Below are positions 51,993 to 60,316 of a stretch of 64,000 nt of DNA, one piece after another. The notes beneath the pieces were generated by a model. That model searched no databases. It had not been told where the DNA came from and saw only the letters and a list, made by a program, of their open reading frames with translations. The stretch's first letter is position 1. Every line of letters starts with the position of its first letter. The translations under genes were made by a program, and so were the position numbers. This DNA is from Sedimentisphaerales bacterium (GTDB taxonomy: Bacteria; Planctomycetota; Phycisphaerae; Sedimentisphaerales; Anaerobacaceae), in assembly GCA_963708075.1 (NCBI GenBank), contig OY970194.1, forward strand, positions 3,040,001 through 3,104,000. Direction: 5' to 3'.

Positions 51993-54020
51993 CTATTCCT
52001 GCTCCTTCAGCTTCTGCAGGCTGGCTTTGGCCGCCTTCACGACGTTGTCTGTCGTGATTCCGAATCCCTCGTAGCAGGTCTTCCAGGGGGCGGAGGCGCC
52101 GAAGCCGCAGAGGCCGACGAACTCGCCGTACTCGCCGAGCCATTTATGCCAGCCGAAATCGGTGGCCGCCTCGATGCCCACGCGAGCCTTGACCGTCGGC
52201 GGGATCACGGAACTGCGGTATTTTTCATCCTGTTTCTCGAACAGCGTCCAGCAGGGCATGCTGACCACCTGCGACGGAATTCCCGCGGCGTCAAGCTTGT
52301 TGGCCGCTTCCATGGCGATCGCAACCTCCGAGCCGCTGGCCAGCAGGATAACCTCGGGCTTGCCCCGGCTGGTGATGACATACGCACCCCGGCTGAGGTT
52401 GACGGCCGAGGCGTATTTGTGCTGATCGAGCACGGGAATGTTCTGGCGGCTCAACAGCAGCGCCACGGGCTGGTCGCGGTTCTCCAGGATGTACTTCCAC
52501 GCCTGCGCCGTCTCGTTGGCGTCGGCCGGCCGGATCACGAGCAGGTGGGGAATCGACCGCAGTGCGGCGAAATGCTCTACCGGCTGATGGGTCGGGCCAT
52601 CTTCGCCCAGCCCGATGCTGTCGTGAGTGAAGATGAAAATTGTCGGGTATTTCGAGAGCGATGCAACGCGAATCGCGCCGCGCATGTAGTCGGAGAAGAC
52701 CAGGAACGTCCCGCCGTAAGCCCGCAGCAGGCGGGACACGGAGATGCCGTTCATGATCGCGCCCATGGCGTGCTCGCGGACGCCATAACGGATGTATCGG
52801 CCCTGCAGCGCGTTCTTCTGGAAATCGGCCGCGCCGGCAAAGCGGGTATTGTTGGATGGCGTCAGGTCGGCCGAGCCACCCAGAATCAGCGGCAGCTTGG
52901 GCATGAGAGCATCGAGCACCTTGCCGGAAGCCACGCGAGTGGCGACGGCCTGCCCCGCCTCGAACTTGGGAAGGACTTCGTCGAGGTCAATCGGCAGATT
53001 CTCCTCGGCGGCCGCCTTGAACTGCTTCGCCAGATCCGGGTGCTTCTTCGCGTACTTGGCGAAGAGCTTGTCCCACTCCTTCTCCGCCTCCTTGCCCCGC
53101 TCGACGGCCTCGCGCATGTGGGCGAGGACCTCCTCGGGGACATGGAAGTGCTTCTCGGGGTCCCAGCCAAACCGTTTCTTCATTTCCCGGATTTCCGGCT
53201 CGCCGAGCGGTGCTCCGTGAGCCTTGGCGGTGTCCTGCATGGTCGGCGCGCCGTAGGCGATGTGCGTGCGGAGTTGGATGATGGAGGGCCGGCCGATCTC
53301 GCTCTTGGCGTTGATCAGGGCCCGCTCGAACGTCTGCATATCGTTGCCGTCGCCTTCAACCTTCTGGACGTACCAGCCGTAGGCCTCGAAGCGTTTGGCC
53401 CGGTCCTCCGTGAAGGACAGTTCCGTCGGGCCGTCGATGCTGATGTGGTTGTCGTCGTAGATGACGACGAGGTTGTCCAGGCCCAGATGTCCGGCGAGCG
53501 AGCATGCCTCGGAGGACACGCCCTCTTGGAGGTCACCATCGCCGACAGTGACGTAGATCTTGTAGTCGAGGATGGGGAAGCCCTCGCGGTTGAAGTAGTT
53601 GGCGAGGTACTTCTGGGCGATGGCCATACCCACGCCGTTGGAGACGCCCTGGCCGAGCGGCCCGGTCGTGGCCTCGATGCCGAGATCAGGATGGTACTCG
53701 GGATGTCCCGGCGTCTTGCTCTGCCACTGCCGGAATTGCATGAGGTCTTCCAGCGTGAGGTTGTAGCCGGTCAGGTAGAGCAGCGAGTAGAGCAGCATGC
53801 TGCCGTGCCCGCCCGACAGGACAAAGCGGTCGCGATTGTGCCACTGAGGATTGGCCGGGCTGTATCGCAGATGTCGCGTCCAGAGGACATAGGCGGCCGG
53901 GGCCATCCCTATCGGCATGCCCGGATGCCCGGACTGCGCCTTCTCCACCGCGTCCACCGCGAGAAATCGAATCGTATTTACGCACAATTCATCAAGTTCC
54001 GACAACCCCGGATGACTCAT
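51993..54020 (-). CDS. tkt: Transketolase
   Basis: SGHPG, RDRFVLSGGH, TGPLGQG, GDGDLQEG, GSADL, GEDGPTHQP. Confidence 0.97.
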   Translation of the reverse strand: MSHPGLSELDELCVNTIRFLAVDAVEKAQSGHPGMPIGMAPAAYVLWTRHLRYSPANPQWHNRDRFVLSGGHGSMLLYSLLYLTGYNLTLEDLMQFRQWQSKTPGHPEYHPDLGIEATTGPLGQGVSNGVGMAIAQKYLANYFNREGFPILDYKIYVTVGDGDLQEGVSSEACSLAGHLGLDNLVVIYDDNHISIDGPTELSFTEDRAKRFEAYGWYVQKVEGDGNDMQTFERALINAKSEIGRPSIIQLRTHIAYGAPTMQDTAKAHGAPLGEPEIREMKKRFGWDPEKHFHVPEEVLAHMREAVERGKEAEKEWDKLFAKYAKKHPDLAKQFKAAAEENLPIDLDEVLPKFEAGQAVATRVASGKVLDALMPKLPLILGGSADLTPSNNTRFAGAADFQKNALQGRYIRYGVREHAMGAIMNGISVSRLLRAYGGTFLVFSDYMRGAIRVASLSKYPTIFIFTHDSIGLGEDGPTHQPVEHFAALRSIPHLLVIRPADANETAQAWKYILENRDQPVALLLSRQNIPVLDQHKYASAVNLSRGAYVITSRGKPEVILLASGSEVAIAMEAANKLDAAGIPSQVVSMPCWTLFEKQDEKYRSSVIPPTVKARVGIEAATDFGWHKWLGEYGEFVGLCGFGASAPWKTCYEGFGITTDNVVKAAKASLQKLKEQE

Positions 54021-54185
54021 CGGTCTTTCCTATTCACAGCCGTTATCATTCACCTGTCCGTCACGAAAACAAGTGTCACAGCATACCAGCCCCGCCCCCC
54101 GTTGGCAACCCCCCTTTGCCGGAGCGGCAAATCCTTGTGAACTTCTTGCGTTCGGGCGCATCTGTCTGTACGACAGGACGAAGAT

Positions 54186-54725
54186 ATGATGAAACCGGAT
54201 GCGAAACTCGCCGAACACGTGCTCATCACCCGCTGCCAGCTTCGCGACAGGCAGGCCCTGGCGGAGCTGATCGAGCGGTATGAGCGGCCGGTCCGCTACT
54301 TCATACGCCGGCTGGTGGACAATGCGGACCTGGCGGATGAGTTGTTTCAGGACACATGGTTGACGGTCATTGCCAAGATCCACACGCTGGGCAATCCCGA
54401 GCGATTCACCGTGTGGCTCTATCGAATCGCCCGAAACCGGGTGTATCAGGAGTTTCGGCGAAGGAAGCAAGTTGTGGAGCTCGACGACTCGATGGAGGCC
54501 CCGGACAATCCCGAAGAGGAGATTCTGTCCTTCGAGGATGTCGCCAGGCTCCATCAGTGTCTGGGCGAGCTCAAGCCGTTCCAAAAGGAAGTCCTGGTGC
54601 TTCGATTCATCGAATCGATGTCCTACGAAGAAATTGCCGAAGTCCTGGACTGCAATGTCGGGACCGTTCGGTCTCGAATTCACCACGCAAAACAAGCCAT
54701 CAGAGAGAAACTGGAGAAACCATGA
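54186..54725 (+). CDS. ECF RNA polymerase sigma factor
   Basis: DELFQDTW, FTVWLYRIARN, MSYEEIAEVL..GTVRSRIHHAK. Confidence 0.9.
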   Translation: MMKPDAKLAEHVLITRCQLRDRQALAELIERYERPVRYFIRRLVDNADLADELFQDTWLTVIAKIHTLGNPERFTVWLYRIARNRVYQEFRRRKQVVELDDSMEAPDNPEEEILSFEDVARLHQCLGELKPFQKEVLVLRFIESMSYEEIAEVLDCNVGTVRSRIHHAKQAIREKLEKP

Positions 54726-55132
54726 TGACCGCTGAAACGAATATCAGAGATGAACTGCTCAAGCAGAACGGCGAGGGTGCGCAGAAGATGCAGGAACTTC
54801 GGGACAAGATCCTGGCCCGAGACGAGGCGAGGGTCCTAAGGTTGAAGAAGCTGACAATTTTCACCTGGGCGCTGGTTGTCGCGGGTCTGGTGGGAGCTCT
54901 TGTCATCCGGCCCATGTTGCCAAATGGCGGACACCCTGACTCCCAAGCGGCGTCGTACATGTATCAATATTTCTCAGGGATCTTCATCGGGGTCATGTGG
55001 GGTCTGACCACGATCGCGGCGTTCTTCACGATCTCGCTCTACATCCGGTCGAGGTCTCTGACCATGCGTCAGATTCAAGCCCGGCTGACCGGGATTGAGG
55101 AGCAACTCAGGAGATTGTCGGAAAAGGAGTGA
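54722..55132 (+). CDS. Small two-TM protein, putative anti-sigma factor
   Basis: ATGA overlap with the ECF gene; two hydrophobic helices. Confidence 0.6.
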   Translation: MMTAETNIRDELLKQNGEGAQKMQELRDKILARDEARVLRLKKLTIFTWALVVAGLVGALVIRPMLPNGGHPDSQAASYMYQYFSGIFIGVMWGLTTIAAFFTISLYIRSRSLTMRQIQARLTGIEEQLRRLSEKE

Positions 55133-55538
55133 ATCAACGAACCTGATGAAAACGTCGGCCGGTCCAGGTCATCCCTCGGCGAAGCATCCGTGCACTGCGT
55201 GCGATGACCTGGAACCTGCCGATCTTATCGCTTCTCCCGCTCCAGTGCCGAACACCCATCCACGGGCCCCCAACCACTGGCTCCCATCTTCATGCCTGTA
55301 CGATAGACTGGACCGGGCCGGGGTACGTTCACCCAGAAACGAGAGACCTGCGAGTGAGAGTAAGGAGAGATATGATGCTGGGTTTGTCGAACGAAGTCCC
55401 CGGCGTACGGCCCAATCGTTTGTCAAAGAAATCCGGCAGTCTTACAAACCACCGGCAATCGTACTCACAAGCACGTAGTAATTACTCTTAGTGCCAAAGG
55501 CGTGTTCTGAGAATTCTGTGGTGAAATACGGAAATTGA

Positions 55539-56447
55539 TTATGTGGACTCGATGATGTCCGGTCCGAGCGGGTGATGGGGTGGCTTGGTTTCGGGGCTCT
55601 GTGTGCCATCAGGCTCGGCGGCAAGCCCCGGCGACGCCTCTGCTTGCGGGCTCGCGTTCACGGCAGGAGGCTCATCCCGCAGACGCAGTTCTTCCAGGAT
55701 TTCGCTTGCCAGAGCCCTGTAGTCGGCGGTCCCGCGGCTGCGAGGTGCATAGGTCAGGACCGGCTTCCCAGCCCCGGGAGCCTCGGCCACGCTGGTATTC
55801 CTGTGAATCACCGTGTTCAAAACAAGTTGGCCGAACGCTTCCCGCACCTGCTCCTGCACCCGCTGACCGAAGGCGCCTCGATCATCCACGAACGTGAACA
55901 GCAGGTGAATATGCTCCGCGGCATGTGATTGCAGACGCTCCCGGATGATCCGTATGCTCTCCAGCACCCGCTTGAGCCCTTCTACGTTGCAGGAGTGCAC
56001 CTGGACCGGAATGATGATATCCATGCTGGCCATCAAGGCATTCAGCGTCAGCACGCCCAGCGACGGCGGGCAATCGATCACGCACAGGTCATACACGTCG
56101 CGAACACTGCGAAGGCATCGAGTGAGCAGCAGTTCCTTGCCGGGCGCATCCGCCAGTTGCACTTCGACATTGCCCAGCAGCATGTTGCACGGGGCCAGAT
56201 CCAAGCGGGCTATCCCGGTCTGCACAATCGCATCACGCACAAAGCCATCGGGCTGTATGAGAACGTCGTAGATGGTCCTATCGAGGGAATCCGGATCATA
56301 GCCCAATCCAAGGGCCACATGGGCTTGCGGATCGAGGTCGATCAGAAGGACCCTTTTGCCCAGCTCCGCAAACGCGGCCGCGGTATTGACGGCCGTCGTG
56401 GTCTTGCCGCATCCGCCCTTCTGATTGATGATCGAAATCGTTCTCAT
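55539..56447 (-). CDS. ParA/Soj family ATPase
   Basis: NQKGGCGKTTT, LIDLDPQA, IDCPPSLG, IIPVQ, AEAP..GKP. Confidence 0.9.
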   Translation of the reverse strand: MRTISIINQKGGCGKTTTAVNTAAAFAELGKRVLLIDLDPQAHVALGLGYDPDSLDRTIYDVLIQPDGFVRDAIVQTGIARLDLAPCNMLLGNVEVQLADAPGKELLLTRCLRSVRDVYDLCVIDCPPSLGVLTLNALMASMDIIIPVQVHSCNVEGLKRVLESIRIIRERLQSHAAEHIHLLFTFVDDRGAFGQRVQEQVREAFGQLVLNTVIHRNTSVAEAPGAGKPVLTYAPRSRGTADYRALASEILEELRLRDEPPAVNASPQAEASPGLAAEPDGTQSPETKPPHHPLGPDIIEST

Positions 56448-56584
56448 GATATAATCCATTCCCCACAGCACAGACTGCATCCACGTGACCGTCTGCGCTG
56501 TGATCGGCATACTCTCTATTTCGACTCACCGAGAGAGTCAATTTACGTCAATGAGTGGAGTCCTGCAAAACTCCACAAATAGAA

Positions 56585-56609
56585 AGACCGGCCACTTGTG
56601 GGCCGGTCT
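56585..56609 (-). terminator. Candidate intrinsic terminator after the PDZ gene
   Basis: AGACCGGCC-N7-GGCCGGTCT stem followed by a T-rich run on the minus strand. Confidence 0.55.
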
Positions 56610-56648
56610 CGGAAGTGAACACGTAAAATGCCGTGGGTGACAGCGATT

Positions 56649-57647
56649 TTACACGGAGGGTTTCTCTTTTTGACTGGGAGACGACACGGACGGCGAGGTC
56701 TTATCGGACTTCGGCTCCGCATCGCCTTTTCGGTTCAGAAGCTTCTCTTCAAGCAGCCTCATGCGTTGCTGGAGCTGCTCCATCTCCTCCCGCAGTCTCT
56801 CAATGGTGCGATCTTTCTCTTCGGACAGGCGTTGCACGTCGATCTGAGGCAGCTTGCGGATGAGGTCGTTGTACACCTGTGGCTGGGGCATCTCGGGCAG
56901 TTGGAACCTGCGGGTGAAGCGGAAATCCGTCTTCGCACTCTCCACAGCCTGCTTGGCCGGCCCTTGATACTCCTCGGGCAGCTTGTCCATCTGGCCCACT
57001 GTGGCGCTATGTTCCACGCCCCCAGCCTGCACTGTTACCTTCGTATCTTCCTCGCTCGGACTGCCCTCGATCGTGACCGTGCAGTCCTCGCCATCCACCG
57101 TAAACTTATAGGTGTATTTCGTCGTGAAGTACTGCCGTATGTCAAAATTGCCAAAGTCAGGGAGCTGGTCCAGGGAAATCTGGAATTGCTTGCCGTCCGG
57201 CCCGATCTTGAAGATTCTGCCCGGCCGGCTGACAAACCCAACCTCCGGCTCCTGCGGATATTTCCATTCCATCTTGCCCAGGGGCTCCAGTTGGAATTCC
57301 ACGGTCTTTCGCTGACCCAGATGAATCAGTTCGAGCGACACCTTTGCCCCCACGCCCGCCTTCTGCATGGCCGCGATGAACTCGTTCGGGTCGGTCACCT
57401 TCTTGCCTTGAAATGCGACGAGAATATCATCGCGATCCAGCCCGATTCTCTCGGCCGTAGAGCCGGCACTGATGTTGACGACCCGCAATCCCTCCCCGGG
57501 CTCCAGTCTCAGGTGCTTCGTCAGCAGCTCCGGCAGAGGCGATTCGTCCAGAAGGACGCCGAGGAAGGGCTGCTTGTCCTGGGCATAAGATCCCGACGCC
57601 AGGATCAACGCAGCCGCACAACCCAGTAGAATCATCTGCTTACGCAT
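56649..57647 (-). CDS. Secreted PDZ-domain protein
   Basis: Signal peptide; PFLGV, GLRVVNISAGSTAERIGL..DDIL; C-terminal coiled coil; no protease domain. Confidence 0.8.
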   Translation of the reverse strand: MRKQMILLGCAAALILASGSYAQDKQPFLGVLLDESPLPELLTKHLRLEPGEGLRVVNISAGSTAERIGLDRDDILVAFQGKKVTDPNEFIAAMQKAGVGAKVSLELIHLGQRKTVEFQLEPLGKMEWKYPQEPEVGFVSRPGRIFKIGPDGKQFQISLDQLPDFGNFDIRQYFTTKYTYKFTVDGEDCTVTIEGSPSEEDTKVTVQAGGVEHSATVGQMDKLPEEYQGPAKQAVESAKTDFRFTRRFQLPEMPQPQVYNDLIRKLPQIDVQRLSEEKDRTIERLREEMEQLQQRMRLLEEKLLNRKGDAEPKSDKTSPSVSSPSQKEKPSV

Positions 57648-57671
57648 TACCTGTCTCCATTTCACGGATTC

Positions 57672-58254
57672 CTACATTGGACGCGGTCTGCCGCGATAAT
57701 CGGCGGTCTTCACCAGTCCCTCGCGGACCCCCTCAACCAGCCATTGCTCACCGCTGGGACTGGTGAAAACATACCAATCCACTTCCCCCGAGAACCGAAC
57801 GCAGCCCCCCCTGCTTCACCGGCACGACGGCCGGCGCAGTTGCCACGCCCGCAAGATCCTTGGCGACCACGGCGGTCTCAGGTCCCTGCATCGGGGCTTT
57901 GGAATCCCCCCAGACAGCCACAAAATGAAGGGCCAGACCAAGAATCAATCCGGCGGCCAGACCAACCGCAAATCGCATGCGGCCGTCGATCCGGAGAATC
58001 CGCCGGTAAGTGGACCTTGTATGCTGCTGCCAGGCCCGCTCGAAAATCTGGTCTGCAGAGGCCCCCCCAGAAACCTCTGCAGCCACTGCCTGATAGCTCT
58101 GTTGACGAAGACTGCGCAACTGCTCCAGCAACTCCCTTGCCTGGCTGTTGGCATCGAGTTCTCGTTCCAGGATCTTCCGCTCGGCCGGCGAGATCTCGCC
58201 ATCGACGAGCTTGCCGATCAGTATTTCCAGCCAATCATTGGTCTCATTCATCAT
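57672..58254 (-). CDS. Putative anti-sigma factor (frameshift ~57790)
   Basis: LVDGEISPAERKILE N-terminus, single TM; C-terminus VDWYVFTSPSGEQWLVEG in the adjacent frame. Confidence 0.65.
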
Positions 58255-58825
58255 TCAAGCACCTGCTATCGGTCTTGCCTATCACCTGATTCTGCACCAT
58301 TCGTCTGGCCCGCACGAGGCGGATCTGCATGGTCGTCATCGGCACCTCCAGCACCTCGGCCATCTCGGCGTAGGTCAGCTCGCCCGTGTGCGCCAGCACG
58401 AATACTTCGCGATACTTCTCGGGCAAGGTCCTGACCGCATCGAGAATCCGGCCGCATAACTCGCTCTTCTCGACCTCGTCCAGAGGGTCCCGAACATATC
58501 CATCCAGCTTGAGCGAAATCATGCTTTGATCCACCTGCATATTCCTGGGCGTCCGTCGCCGGTAGTGCTTCAGGACCTCCCGGCGGGCCACCGCAGCCAG
58601 CCAGGCCCGAAACCGCTCCGGCTCACGCAGCGTGTGAATCCGCGTAATCACGCGAAGGCACACCTCCTGAAGCACGTCATCGAGGTCCTGTGCATCGGCC
58701 AGCACGCTGTATACCAGGCCCTTGAGCCAGCCCCAGTTGCGCTTCAGGAGCAACTGCAGGGCTTCTTTGTCGCCCCTTTGGGCCGCACAGGCCAGTGCCG
58801 ATTCGTTTTGAGCCGTTACTTCCAT
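58244..58825 (-). CDS. ECF RNA polymerase sigma factor
   Basis: DDVLQEV, FRAWLAAVAR, LPEKYREVFVL, LTYAEMAEVL, RLVRAR. Confidence 0.9.
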   Translation of the reverse strand: MEVTAQNESALACAAQRGDKEALQLLLKRNWGWLKGLVYSVLADAQDLDDVLQEVCLRVITRIHTLREPERFRAWLAAVARREVLKHYRRRTPRNMQVDQSMISLKLDGYVRDPLDEVEKSELCGRILDAVRTLPEKYREVFVLAHTGELTYAEMAEVLEVPMTTMQIRLVRARRMVQNQVIGKTDSRCLNDE

Positions 58826-59033
58826 CAATGGCCTCTTTACAGATATAGATGCCGGGGAGAAACCCTCTCATACATCTTTCCCGACATTTTTTTAACGGGG
58901 GACCATGACTGGTCGCACAATTGCATTATCGGCCGAAGAGCCCGGCCCGATTACCCGTGAATTGACGCCAGACCCGTAAACAGGGCCATGTCCCCGCTCG
59001 CGCAGGCACGCCTTAGCCGGGTGCCCGCCCAAA

Positions 59034-59514
59034 TTGGCTTTGTTTCGCACGCCGGGTCGGCTACCATGTAGCCCAGCCGCCCTCGGCTGGGATCACCCCC
59101 GGGGGCGGGGGTGCTACTTGCCACTTCACACTTCAGACTTGAAAACCTCCTCCTCCAAATTGGCTTTGTTTCGCATCATCGCACAATCAACCACAACCCC
59201 TTTTCTGCAAATGACTTAGCATTAAGGCATCCGGTCAACATTGGCTTTGTTTCGCAAAGTCATCCACGCGATCTCCTCCGGCCTACGGCCTTCTCCCAGC
59301 AGATTGGCTTTGTTTCGCACACCCGCACTTGCCACCGAAGGTGTGTCGCAGCGCTCTTCTGCTCTTCACTCCGCACTCCGCAATCCCCAATCCGCAATCG
59401 CCGCCCACGGGCCCCGGAATTGGCTTTGTTTCGCACACCCGGACCTTCCACGCAGCCTGTCGTATTCGCCTTCCCCAAATGCCCCATCGCTCCCAAGTTT
59501 GGCTTTGTTTCGCA
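59034..59514 (+). repeat. Array of six identical 16-bp direct repeats with variable spacers
   Basis: TTGGCTTTGTTTCGCA at 59034, 59160, 59241, 59304, 59420, 59499. Confidence 0.9.
59068..59117. repeat. GTAG-REP doublet inside the first array spacer
   Basis: GTAGCCCAGCCGCCCTCGGCTGGG...CACCCCCGGGGGCGGGGGTGCTAC. Confidence 0.65.
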
Positions 59515-59851
59515 CAAAACATCGTGGCGAGGCCACAGGGCCGAGCGACGAGGGAACACCTCCCCGGCCCCACCCTCCGTGGAGAACCTACGTCATCGCG
59601 GGCAAAAAGGTGAGATTTCCTTCCCTCCTCTTGTACGAGCATCTACCTTCAGTCACGAAACTCGCCTACTGGAAACGGCAATAGCTGGCCTGCACCTGAT
59701 CGCATAAGTCTTTATTTGTCAACTATTAACCCTTGTGGCGCAAGGACTTACGAGCACCCTGTTTGGACCAAAAATCCGTGTGTCGCTGGTTCAGGTCCAC
59801 GTGTATCGCTGATGCGCCCGCAAGAAAACTCGGCCAGATTGGTTTTTATTG

Positions 59852-59897
59852 TTGACTCCTACGACAACATGTCGTATATCAACGACAAGCTATCGTA
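59852..59897 (+). promoter_or_regulatory. Promoter with tandem BlaI-type operator dyads
   Basis: TTGACT -35; TACGAC-N5-GTCGTA (59860-59876) and AACGAC-N5-ATCGTA (59881-59897), directly upstream of the BlaI-family gene. Confidence 0.7.
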
Positions 59898-59926
59898 GGT
59901 CAACGTGAATACTGAGGACCAGGCAA

Positions 59927-60316
59927 GTGAAATCACAACCACTGGCTAATGCGGAACTGGCTGTCATGGAGTTGCTGTGGCAGAACGATCACCTGACGGC
60001 CCGCGACATACGCGAGCGACTCTACCATGATGCGACCAAGGCCCAGCATGGAACCGTTCAGAGACTGCTGCAGCGTCTGGAAGACAAAGGCTATGTCAGG
60101 CGCGACCGCAGCCTGTTCGTCCATCTGTTCTCGGCTGCGGTCTCCCGCCAAGCCTATGCGGGACAACAACTGGAGTCCCTCGCAGACAAGCTCACCGCGG
60201 GATCCTTCGCACCGCTGATCACGCATCTTATCGAGCACAAGAAGATCTCCTGGCGCGAGATCGACAAGATCAAGGCCCTCCTGGATGGGAAGGAAGTCGA
60301 GGCGGACCCAAAATGA
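59927..60316 (+). CDS. BlaI/MecI/CopY family transcriptional repressor
   Basis: AELAVMELLW, TVQRLLQRLEDKGYV, GSFAPLITHL. Confidence 0.9.
   Translation: MKSQPLANAELAVMELLWQNDHLTARDIRERLYHDATKAQHGTVQRLLQRLEDKGYVRRDRSLFVHLFSAAVSRQAYAGQQLESLADKLTAGSFAPLITHLIEHKKISWREIDKIKALLDGKEVEADPK

Noticed and set aside
59034..59514. Canonical CRISPR array
   Set aside because: The repeat is only 16 bp, spacers range 47-110 bp, and there are no cas genes in the window; reported as a non-CRISPR array instead.
59034..59707. ORFs over the repeat array (LALFR/IGFVS/CETKP/CAKQSQ peptides)
   Set aside because: The repeats fall in different frames, with no clear SD or domain; most likely shadow translations of a DNA/RNA motif.
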